Positions 24,351 through 36,300 of a stretch of 64,000 nucleotides of DNA are shown here, piece by piece (position 1 is the first letter of the stretch; each line of letters opens with the position of its first letter). The notes beneath the pieces were generated by a model that was not told the origin of the DNA, did not search any database, and was given only the letters and a program-made list of their open reading frames with translations. A program made the position numbers and the translations under genes. This DNA is from Podarcis cretensis (taxonomy: Eukaryota): NCBI GenBank assembly GCA_951804945.1, contig OX638153.1, positions 73,160,001-73,224,000 on the forward strand, written 5' to 3'.

Positions 24351-27300
24351 TCCCGCTCTGCTTTCCTATTCGTTTCTTACAGGGCTTCTGTGGCCTTTAG
24401 AAGTTGCGTGACAGGCAGAAGTCCAGGTGCAGCTCTGTCCTGTGTAGAAGTGGCTTCACGTGTGGAATGTCTTATCTTTCAAGTAGCCCAAAGGCCTGGG
24501 GACTCTGCCAAAGGAGGAAAAGGGAGCAGCTCAGTGCATGCTGTACCTTCCACCACCACCCCCCCCCACCCAGAAGTATGGGAAGGTGGTTGTGGTTACT
24601 GTGTGGCAAGGGGAATCACACTCTGTGTGTGCTCAGAGGCACTCTTGCCTTCATTAATTACTTGCTGACTTTCCATGCCCAACGTTCTGGCTCACTCTGA
24701 GAATCTGACTGATCCCATGGTTGAGACCAATTCCTGTCTCTCAAGATTGGCTGGTGAACCTTCTGGTTTTCTGCTCTTTAAAGTTTGCTCGTCCATCAGG
24801 AGGTATCTTTCTGAATTGCACCTGCCTTTTGCTTGGCATCTGCACTGCACTGCACAGGTGGATTTGGGAGGGTAACTTGTAATGGGCAGCATGTCTTTGG
24901 CATGGTTAAATGGATGGATATTTGGGTTCCTTCTGTCTTTAGTCGTTTGCCCCACACGTTTGCCAGTCAAGTTGTAAATGTGAGAACCATCCCAGAAAGG
25001 AAAAAAAGAAAAGAAAAGAGACAGTGCAGTGATGCAGCTGCTTGCCTGACACTTCCCTTGTATGAATTACAGTACTGGGTTGACAATGCTGTTTGCCGTA
25101 TGGCTCATATGCTCATCCAATCTGCAACCAAAATCCATTTGTAGGCATGCATGCCTGGTGATAATTTAGCAGCACTGCATCAATCCTTTTGGAGCCACTG
25201 TATGGAGGGGTCACCATCATGACATCATGACATCACTGGTCCTGAAAGACCTACATTCGCTCCCAGTACGTTTCCAAGCACAATTAAAAGTGTTGGTGCT
25301 GACCTAGCCTCGGCCCAGTATAACTGAAGGAGTGTCTCCACCCCCATCATTCGGCCCGGACACTGAATTCCAGATCCGAGGGCCTTCTGGCGGTTCCCCC
25401 TCACTGCAAGATGTGAGGTTACAGGGAACCAGGCAGAGGGCCTTCTCGGTAGTGGCGCCTTCCCTGTGGAATGCCCTCCCATCAGAAGTCAAGGAAATAA
25501 ACAACTATCTGACTTTTAGAAGACATCTGAAGGCAGCCCTGTTTAGGGAAGTTTTTAATGTTTGATGTTTTATCATGTTTTTAATATGCAATAAATTATA
25601 ATTATCATCATCATCATCCTCTGCAGGGGCATGTGTTCCCACAGAGGCTTTCTTTGGTGCTCCTCCTTCCACTGATTAAACTTGAAAGAAGCATGTATCC
25701 TGTAGAATAGGGTGTGGGTTGTGTGTGTGTGTGTGTGTGTGTTGCCCACAACAGTTTTCCCAGTTGGATAATGTGCCCACTGGCCCAAACAGTTTGCAGC
25801 CACTGCTGTGTAGCTGTTACAGTAACACCTTCCACTGTAATGTCCACAATAAACCAATATACTATCTGGGAATCCTGATTATAGGTTTATAGGCTGGAGG
25901 GACCAAAGGGTATTTAAATATAACCTGTTGGCCCAAACCTGCTCCCTCCATGCCTTCTTACCATCCCCAATTAATTTATGTTATTTGGATCACAGTGTGC
26001 CACAAATTGAAAGCAGGAGTAATTGGGCTGTCATAAGAAGGGACCTACTGGATGAGATGATAAGTAGACTTGTCCAACGTCCAACGTCTTTTTTCATATT
26101 TAAGCAGGCCATGAAAACAACCAGCCTCCCTCTAGCAACTCCTGTTATGAGGCATGGGCCCTTTGAACAATGGCTAACAACCACTGACAGATTTATCATC
26201 TATGAATGTGTCCTATCTTCCTTTAAAACCATTTAAGCTAAGAGCTATAATCACCACACGTTGTGGCAGCAAATACCCAGTGGCGTAGCGTGGGTTGTCA
26301 GCACCCGGGGCAAGGCAAGTAATTTGCGCCCCCTAACCCATGGATTTGCGCCCCCTAACCCGTGGATTTGCGCCCCCTAACCCTAACCCCCAGATGTTGC
26401 GCCCGGTGCGGCCGGGCCCCCCTACACCCCCCACGCTACGCCACTGCAAATACCGGTACTTTAAATTTATGCATTGTGTAAAGAAGTACTTTGTCTTGTG
26501 TGTCCTAAATCTAACTCTCCATCAACGTCATTAGTGACCCTGAGTTTTAATTAGAGAGGGAAAAACTTCTCTACACATTCTTCCGCAATTTGATAAACCT
26601 CTGTCATATTCCCCTTTAGTCATCTTCCCCACCCCCTTTTAAAAAATAGCAATCCCTGAACACTCTAGCATTTTCTCATGGGGGATGTGCTCCAGGCTTT
26701 TTATAAACCTGATTGCTCTTTTTGAACCTTTTCTAGTTGTTTTAATAACATTTGTTTTTTTAAAAAAAGGAGGAAATCAGGATATTGCAAGCTTTCCAAC
26801 AGAGTGTGTGCTAAAGCTAACACCCCTGTTTACAGGCAAATGAGGGCTCTTCTCACTTTGGCCCAGTGAGTACTGCCCATAGCACCCACTTCCCCTGCCC
26901 CTCAAGTTCATCTAGGGCAGGGCAGCGGAAGGGGATGGCCGTGGGTAGGCCATTGTGGGGAGTCTTCTCCACTGGGACTATGTGTACTGGAATCCCCAGC
27001 AGAAAATGATGCAGCAAACAGTGCCTTCAGGAGGCAAACAGCAGCCTCAGGTGTGTCATTGGGTGGGTTAAAAAGGTGAAATTCTCTCCTCTGTGCCACA
27101 GTCCTAATCTGTTTTTTTTTGGAGGGGCGGTATCCAGCTGGAAGCTGTGTGCTTCACCAAGGACAGCAACAAGGACTGAGATAGCTCTTTTGTGTACAAA
27201 AGCAATGAAAACCAAACACGGATTGCCATTTTGCAAAAAATAATATACAATAAGCCACAATGTAATGAATTGGGGGAGCAAGCCTAACTATGGGGAGCCA

Positions 27301-30300
27301 GTGTAAATTATCCTAGCTGCAGCGTTACTGGCAAAAGTTATGCCAGATCCAGACTCTGTTCAGGAGCAGGGCTAAGCCTAGGAGAAACAAGCCTTTTAAA
27401 CCACTTTTTTTGATTGCTCAACTTATGCCGGGTTCCCAGGGTCACGTGGCCATGCTGTGTCCCAGCTGAGCCAGGATGGGCAAGAGATGCTGGCATATCT
27501 CTACTTGGGCCAGGTGAGGAAGTTATGCTGGTGTAACCCAGCTGAGCTTGGAACATCCTGGCTCAGTCAGAGATCCACTGGATTCTTAACCCCATAACCC
27601 TGACTGTTCTAGGGTTCAGATTGTGCCCTTAATTTCAGAAATATAAAACCTATAATAATGCATTTAATGCAAAATGATAATACTGTAAAACACCTTTTTT
27701 GGCCAATATTACAACTTAAATGTAAATGCAAATAACTGATACAGCTATTTCACAGGGAAAATAATCTACAATAAAGGTAAAGGTAAAGGTACCCCTGCCC
27801 GTACGGGCCAGTCTTGACAGACTCTAGGGTTGTGCGCCCATCTCACTTAAGAGGCCGGGGGCCAGCGCTGTCCGCAGACACTTCCAGGTCAGGTGGCCAG
27901 TGTGACAAGCTGCATCTGGCGAGCCAGCGCAGCACACGGAACGCCGTTTACCTTCCTGCTGGTAAGCGGTCCCTATTTATCTACTTGCACCCGGGGGTGC
28001 TTTCGAACTACTAGGTTGGCAGGCGCTAGGACCGAACGACGGGAGCGCACCCCGCCGCGGGGATTCGAACCGCCGACCATGGAATCGGCAAGTCCTAGGC
28101 GCTGAGGTTTTACCCACAGCGCCACCCGCGTTGTAAATTATTTGTGCAGATAGAAATGACTTACATCTATTCTGTATTTTTAAATATACTTTTTTTGTGC
28201 ATGGTTGCAATTGGCCACTTTTTTTTTTTTTTTGCTGTTCTCAATTCTGAATCATTTATCTCACCCTCATAAATTCATCTCCGCGCTCATTTCTGACTTA
28301 GATGATTTATAAATAAACATCATTTTTTCTGTTTATATTATTATTGTTATTGTTATTATTAAATGTATATGCCCATGTGGTTTGTTACCCATTTACAACT
28401 ATAAGATCAATTATGAAATCCATATATAATTAAAATGCACAGTAAAAATTATTCCACCAGAACATTAAAAACATTAATAATTGAAATGTACTATATTACA
28501 AGCCTGTGAAAAAGCCTGCTAATGTTGTAATAGCAAGGGAATTTCAAAGCAAAATCCCTCCCCCAACACACTGTTTGTCCTGGGAAGTTTTGGATGCTAT
28601 AATTGTTATTTACATTCTTTACCAATTTTCTAATAGCATTCCTTAACATACCTAAACAGATATAGTATCCTCCCTTGCTTCGCCTTGCTGCTTCCTTGGC
28701 AGGTCATTGCATCCAAATACCGCTGATTTAATTCTTTGGGTGGCTGTGCCCTCTCTTCAGGCGTTGTGGCCAAAATGCTTTATATACTGTTGCATGCTAC
28801 CCCACTCTTCAAGTGGCGAGAGATTCCAGGGGTTCCAGGCAGAGGCATAGCATGGGGGAAAGGGGCCTACCAGGGCAGTTGCCCCAGGCACAAAAAAATT
28901 TAGGCACACCTCTGCAGCTGCTCCATGTCCTGCCCGTCTGCCTCACCTGAGCAGCATGCTGAGCAAGAACTGGGAGAGGATGAGCCCTTGAATCCCTTGG
29001 CCACACAGCGTGCAGCACCAGTGGAAGAGATGGGTGGACGGTGAGACTTGTGGCCACGGTGGCACTCCCCAGCTCAAGGAAGAGCACACACATGTCCAGC
29101 CACTACCCTGCAGCTCCGGCTTGTGACATCAGCGCGCCGCATGGAGGCCCCAGTGAGAGGGCATAATACTTGCCCTAGAGGGTGCAATACCCAGGTTTGG
29201 TTTCCTTGGAATAATGAGGGACAGCATAGACCAGGGGTCACCAAACTTTTTCAGCAGGAGGCTGGTCCACGGTCCCTCAGACCTTGTGGGAGGCTGGACT
29301 ATATTTTTTTTTGGGGGGGGGGAATGAACAAATTCCTATGCCCCACAAATAACCCAGAGATGCATTTTAAATAAAAGCACACATTCTACTCATGTAAAAA
29401 CATGCTGATTCCCAGACCGTCTGCGGGCCAGATTTAGAAGGCATTTTGGCTGGATCCAGCCTCTGGGCCTTAGTTTGCCTACCCATGGCATAGACTCTGG
29501 TATCTTTATGGTGTATCATTTATTTACACAAATATACATCCAGGGCTGACAGCATTAACACCCTGGAAGGTCTTGCTTCTCCCATAGTCGCAGCCTTGGA
29601 CTCAAGCAGGAATCCATCGTGGCTCTCAGCCTCTGGCTTCTACCTGCTTCTTCCCAGCTCTCACATGCTCCGCTTAGACTGTTGTCCTTCTCACTGCCAG
29701 CCAGGTGAGGTTTCATTTTGCCACGAGGCTCATTCAGCCTGTGGAAAAGAAGATATAGCAAATATTTTAAAACCAACCATAAAGAGCACATGAGTGTTCA
29801 CAAAGTGGTGTAGGAAGGAGGAAAGAAAAACATGGTGTGTTGTAGGGGGTTAGAGTGTTGTATCAGGACCTGGGAGACCAGGGTTCAAATCCCCACTCAG
29901 CTGGGAAGCTCACTGGGTGACCTTGGGCCAGTCACTCACTCTCAGCCTAGCCTACTTCACAGAGTTGTTGTGAGGCTAAAATGGGGAGGAGGAGAACTAC
30001 ATAGGCCACCTTAAGCTCCTCAGAGGGAAGTTGAGATATAAATGTAAGTAAGTTTGGTCTCTACCACTGAACTATGGCTCCTCTGCCATAGGGTCTCATC
30101 TCAGGGCAGGTGCTTCCACTGAGATACTGCCTTTGAGCAGTGCGCTCTGAACATGCTCAGAGGAACTCTGAGGCTCTCCCTCATTTGTCTCCCCAGCAAC
30201 TGGCACTCAGCGGCTTGCCACCTCTGAATTTGGGTGTAGGGTTGGCTCCTGCCTTGAGAGGGCCCCGGGCAAGATGCCCTCTGTCATTCAGCCCTTTTGA

Positions 30301-33300
30301 ACTTCGTTGGCTGCAATGGCTCCAAGCAGCACTGGGCAGCTGTGTATACATTCCTCTTTAATTTCCCACAGTGTCCCAGAGATGAGGGAAATCAAAAGCA
30401 TGGCTAGATCCAGCTGACTGGCACTGCTCAGAGTGCTGGGCCAGAAAAATAAAAACAAGGAGGGGTAGTAAAATAATAATAATGGGAGCACTGAGCAGGC
30501 GAGACATGCTGCCCTGGCATTTGGATCAAGGCAGTTTCTCAAGGGTGTCAGGTGCAGATGCCAGCCCTGCCTATATGTTCCTGTTTAGTTGTTACACTGC
30601 AATGTGTTATACGTAGGGCTGCCTTTGAATATGGTTTGGAAGCTTCAGCTGGTGGAGAATTCAGTGGCTAGGTTGCTCACTGGGACAAGACAGAGCATAT
30701 TTCACCGATCCTGGCTTGACAGCACTGGCTGCCAGCTAGTTTCTGGGTCCAATTCAAAATGCTGGTTTTGACGTATAAACCCTTAAATGGCTCAGGACTA
30801 CAATACCTGAATGACCGCCTCTCCCCATATAAACAGTCTCAGAGTCTGCGTTCATCAGAGGACCTTTTTTACCATTTTGTTTTACTTATTTACTAGTTTT
30901 TATCCTTTATTTTATTCTGTGAACTGCCCTGAGATCTTATGATAAAGGCTGGTGTATAACTCAAACAATCAATCAATCAAAGAAGCAAATAAAAGCCGCT
31001 GAGTTTATTTAATACACTTCTAAAACCATCAAAGCAAGTCCTCATCACCACACCTTATGGCAGAGGATGTTGTGAACAGATCATGAATTGTATAAGGGGT
31101 AGAGGTAGAAACATACCTGTGGCAGCATAGTGAACTTAAAAGGCCTGTAGAATGGATCAGAGCGATAGTATGAGGGGAAATGTCTGGGAAGGCATAGATA
31201 AGGAGTGTAGCGGTTGTGGCCTCTCGGGAACAACAGCTAAGACTCAGACAAGACAAGATGCCCATTGCACAATTACCAATTGCACAATTTCTAAAAACAA
31301 GAACAATTTACAGGTGTGGGGGCCCTGATTCAGATTGCTAGCCTGGCATGGGGGTAGGAGGGCTTTAACTCTTTGCCTCCTGCTCCACTCCCAGTCTAAA
31401 TCACAGTCTCAACGCCTGCAATTTACAATTCTGTAGGAAATTCCATGCACCAGGCAGTTTGCTACACATATTTCTCAACAGCAAAAAAGTTTTTACATTA
31501 AGTAGTGCTTTCTCCATGTCCCAAATATCTGCATCAGCTATAAGGTGTACTAGTTTTGGTGTGTTTACTATTTTCACTTTAGAGAATGGGCACTGGCCAC
31601 AGTTTCTTTCTGCATGATCATTGATCTCTGCTACTGGAAAGTAAAGCTTTGGCTGTTTGAGATTAAGCTCACAAGATTAAACTCCCTATTCATTCTCTTG
31701 CAAAAAAAAACAACAACAAATATCAGCTTCTAGAAGCACTGCAAATGATGCTGCTTTATCTGGCCAGATAATACTTGAAAGTTAGAAGGGCTGCTTACAG
31801 AAATGTTAGTCTTGCACTTAAGTAATGGTTCACACACCTTCCCTGGCATTGTTCCCCAGTTTAAAAAAACTGTACAAGAGTAATCCATTAGCTCTGCTTT
31901 CTTGTAATGATAATGCTAGGTGAAATAAAAATTCCAAATGTTTGAATCATTCTGAATGTATTTTTCAAAGTTGCCTGTACTTAAAGTCCTTCTAAACCCT
32001 AAATTGGCTTCTCTGGTCACCAATCTCACCTACTCTCATTGTTGCCCTTGTATGCGTACCTGCCTTCTTAAGCATTGCCTCACCTTTTACCTCTACTGCT
32101 GTCCTCTTCTGCTCCTCATTATTACATCGTCTGTTCCCTCAGATTAAGAAACACAGATGTTTTTTCTCCTTTGCTTCCGGCCATTTCTCCAGACTATAAT
32201 CTGCATTTGGAGCAATGTGATGATAGCGGTTTCTGTAATGCTTAGTTGACATGGTGATTATGTAACACAAAAGACTCAGTACATGCCTCATTACTGCCCA
32301 CTGCTCACTTTTTACAGTTTGACCAAATTCTATGAGTAAATCAGTAATCCTTTTATACAGCGTCAGCTGGTACAAATCTGTTCTTAAAACAAAGGTCGAG
32401 GTGATGTAAAAATTTTTTTGTGGCTGGATGTTATTAATCAAGTGCCAATCCAGAACAGGTCCCATTGATTGTGCCTTCAATCAAGTAAACAAAATATAAT
32501 CCCACAATTGTCAATGAAATCAGGAACAAGAAGTTATATTGGCTCTAGTTCACAGTCAAAGTTTCAGATTGCAGCAGTCTTTTCACAGTATCTTATTACT
32601 ATCCTATTCTATGCACTCTTCTTGTGCTAATTTTATCCAACTTTAATGTTTCCTATTTCAGTTTATTTTTGAGTGTCATCACCAAATAGCAACTTTTGTG
32701 AGCCTGTTAAATAGTCCACAGGGCTTTTTTTTTTTTTTTTAGGAGGGGAAGGGAATAATCAAAGGAATGGATTGCATTGCAATTAGTGTAATCATAACTA
32801 TTCTTATAGACTGTGATTCAAATAAATGCTATTTATATCTGCCAGCCAGATTATGCAGAGGTCAAGTACTGTCCAGTAATTATTCTTGAGTTTGCAAAGC
32901 TGTTTCATTTGGCATTGTGGCTTCAGATTCAATTCATACAGTAAATCAAAAGTAATACAATTAAATGCCTAGCTATAAGCGAGATCCTGTGCATGTTTAC
33001 TCAGAAGTAACTGTGTTCAGTGGAGCTTTCTTCCAGGTAAATGTTTTTAGACTTGCAGCCTAAGTATTTGATGTATACAGAAATACATATTCTAGGGCAG
33101 GCTTCCTCAACCTCTGCCCTCCAGATGTTTTGAGACTACAGTTCCCATCATCCCTGACCACTGGTCCTGCTAGCTAGGGATCATGGGAGTTGTAGGCCAA
33201 AAACATCTGGAGGGCCGAGGCTGAGGAAGCCTGTTCTAGGGTAAAGTGTATTTTAGTGAAAATAACACATAAAGTTGCATCATATTACGGGAAATTGCTT

Positions 33301-36300
33301 TCAAAGATATCAAAGGCATATCCAATAGAATTCAATGTAGCTTATTCCCAGTTAAGTGGAGTTAAGAATGCAGCCTTAGTTCTCACTAAACGTGCATAGG
33401 ACTACGCAACATGGTCTTGGCTATACATTATCTACAGAGAGCTGCCTAGTGCATATAAGTACCATATACTCTGATCCCCTCCCCACATTACTAACGGCCC
33501 TCAAATGCAAAGCTTTTCAACATTATAAGCAAACTTTCTTGATTGCTAGCTCCGTTATTCTTTTAACAAACTTGATATAACATGCTCCTTCAAAACCTAT
33601 TTCACCTTTCAGTTTTGTTTTGTTTTTTCTGTTGCTGCTATTCACATCAAAGAGACTGGTGTGCAGCAGCAATATAAGAATATATGCGTACTCTTAGGCA
33701 GTGCTTATAAAAGACCCCCCAACCCCAGAAAAAATAGAAGCTGGAACTCATCATGAAGTTATTACAGTAAGCGTCACACCAAAAAAAGGAGAGGTGCCAG
33801 TTCGTCTTACTCTTGAGTACTCTGGGGGGGGGGGGGGGAGCACTACTCTTAGGGTAGTCATATGGGGAAAAAGGACATAACTCCTGTAAAAGAGCACAGG
33901 AACCTTGCACCTTAAAAGTTGTATAGAAGAAGGGATGGCAGCAGGGGTAGTTATCTTCTTGAAGTCCCTTTTCTATTACCACTATTAAAGGTGCAGAAGC
34001 CCTGTGCTCTTTTTCACCAGGCTATCTTTTTTTCCACCAGGCTATCCTCGGCTAAATGTGTAACTTTTTCAGTAATAATTAGTAAAGAGACTTGCCAACC
34101 GACCGTTTGTGTGTGTTCTGCACCAACAATTTGTTAATTCCTTTTTTTAAAAAAAAATAATATTTATTCCAATTTTTAAAATTACAAAAGAAAACACTAG
34201 ATTAAGCAGAAAAAAAACAAAACCATGAATACAGACAAGCAAGATTAAAAAAGAAAAAAAACCCAGAAAAATACAAGCAATTAAGAGAAAAAAAAAGAAA
34301 ATGAAAAAGAAAAATGAATCAAACCTTCCCATAACTTATTTTCCATTTGCTTATTTCCTTGACCTCCTCACACCTCCCTTTTTTGTATTCTATTTCAATT
34401 AGATATTTCAGCAAATCCTTTCCCTCTTTGTTTTTATCCCAATACTTTATCTTTACATACTGTAATTTTACACTCTCTTCTTTCACCATAATTTATCTTA
34501 ATATACTGTAATTTTACATTCTCTTCTTCCACCAATTAACAAACCATTTTTACTTTGTTTAATCTTATTTTTCATTAAAGTTAATATATTTGAACTTAAT
34601 CTCTTAAGAACATTTCCCCTAGGGTCATAAAATTTCATTCCACGATTTTTCCATCCCTCATTAAATTTTTAAAGTCTCCTTATAAACACTTTAAATTCCC
34701 AGTCTTCTTCCACCGTCTCCTCTCCCTGGTCTCGGCCCCTGCCGTCACTTCCGTCCACCCCCAACAGTCCATCAACCTGGAGATCTTATGTCCGAGGCTC
34801 TTAATTCTTCTTCCCGTCCCTTCTGCCAGATTTCTTGATGATCTTTGATACTAACAAGCAGATCTCGGGGATGCTCCAACCCAACAATACTTTTATTCCT
34901 TCTTAATAAATCAGCTAAGTCTCCATGGTTAAAACTAGAGCCCATAAAGCATTCCAAATCTTGTTTTGCAATTCCTCCAAATCCAAAGGCCCCAAAGGCT
35001 CCAATCTTCTCCTGGCCCAAATCCATATCCCAAAAGTCAATTGATCCCTGAATAAGGGAATCTCTCCAACTTTCCATTTCCAGTTCAGGCCAGGCTCCCA
35101 TCTAAATAATCTGGTTTTTTCTAGTTACAGTCATATAGGGCCTCAATTTGTAATCCTCCATTTGCATCTGTAAGGTTGAGGCTCCCCCTTGTATTGCTTT
35201 ATATTCAACATCAACAACTTTCTCCTTCTCCAATTCATCCATTTGTTCAATTAAAGTAGATTCCTGTGCCGGATCAACTTCTGTGCTGATGCCCACTTTT
35301 GTTCCCAAGATATCAATACTAGTAGCCATGTCATCTTTCTGTTTATGCAGCTTTCCCAAAAGATAAATTGCCTTATTCAATACAGACACTACCTCTTCCT
35401 TAGCCGACATTCTTGGGATGTTCAAGGTCAAAACCTGGTTTCCCACAGTCTTTATCTTAAAGCCAAAATCTCCAGCTGCACTTTTGTAACAATGTCCCAA
35501 AACTCCCTCTAGAGGAAGACAGTCTCCATTTGTATCAATCCTTTCCAGCACAATTCCAAAGGTAAAATAGTAACACTTTTCAGTTACCTTTTCTTCTTTT
35601 TAAGCGCAGAAGCAGACGATGGAAACAATGTCTTTCTTTTATGGCTAGCTGTCAAATTTATCCTGTTCACCATCAAAGGACTTTTTACAAACCGTTCCCA
35701 GGTTCAGAGACGCGGTTTTTGACTTTCTCCTGCAGAATCACTTGGTCAAAATTCCCCCCCCTCTTCTCCTACTTCCAAGGGGGTTAAGTAGTTTCAATCA
35801 GTGGAGTTTTAATCCCTTTCATGAGACTTTCCAAGACCTTAGTTAACGACTACTTTGCCTCAGTCTGTTTACAGAAAGGGAAGGTGGACTTCCTGTTTGA
35901 ACCTTCCCCGTTCGGTGCCAAATTAAATTGTTTTAAAAGTCCAAATTTCAGTTCTACTCACGGGTTGTTGTTTAAAATCCAATTACCCACAGGAAAAAAG
36001 TCAGCGCTCTCCGACAGCAGCAATGCGGCTTCACTCCGTGAAAGAAGCAGTCGATTCAAAGCACCGCGCCACTCACCCCACGTCGCTCCGGATTCCTGAT
36101 ACCGGGTCTCCCCGTGAGTAGGGGAGGCGCAAAAGGTGCCAGTCGAATCCCAAGTTCACAGGCTTCTCCACCTGTGATTTCTGAGGGTCTCCGCCTTCGC
36201 CGTGGCGGTCAGACCCTGTTTTTCACGGAGCAAGTTCCTCCCGAACGGAGGAGCTCCGCCATTGCCGGAGGCGCCAACCCGGAAGTCCCAACAATTTGTT

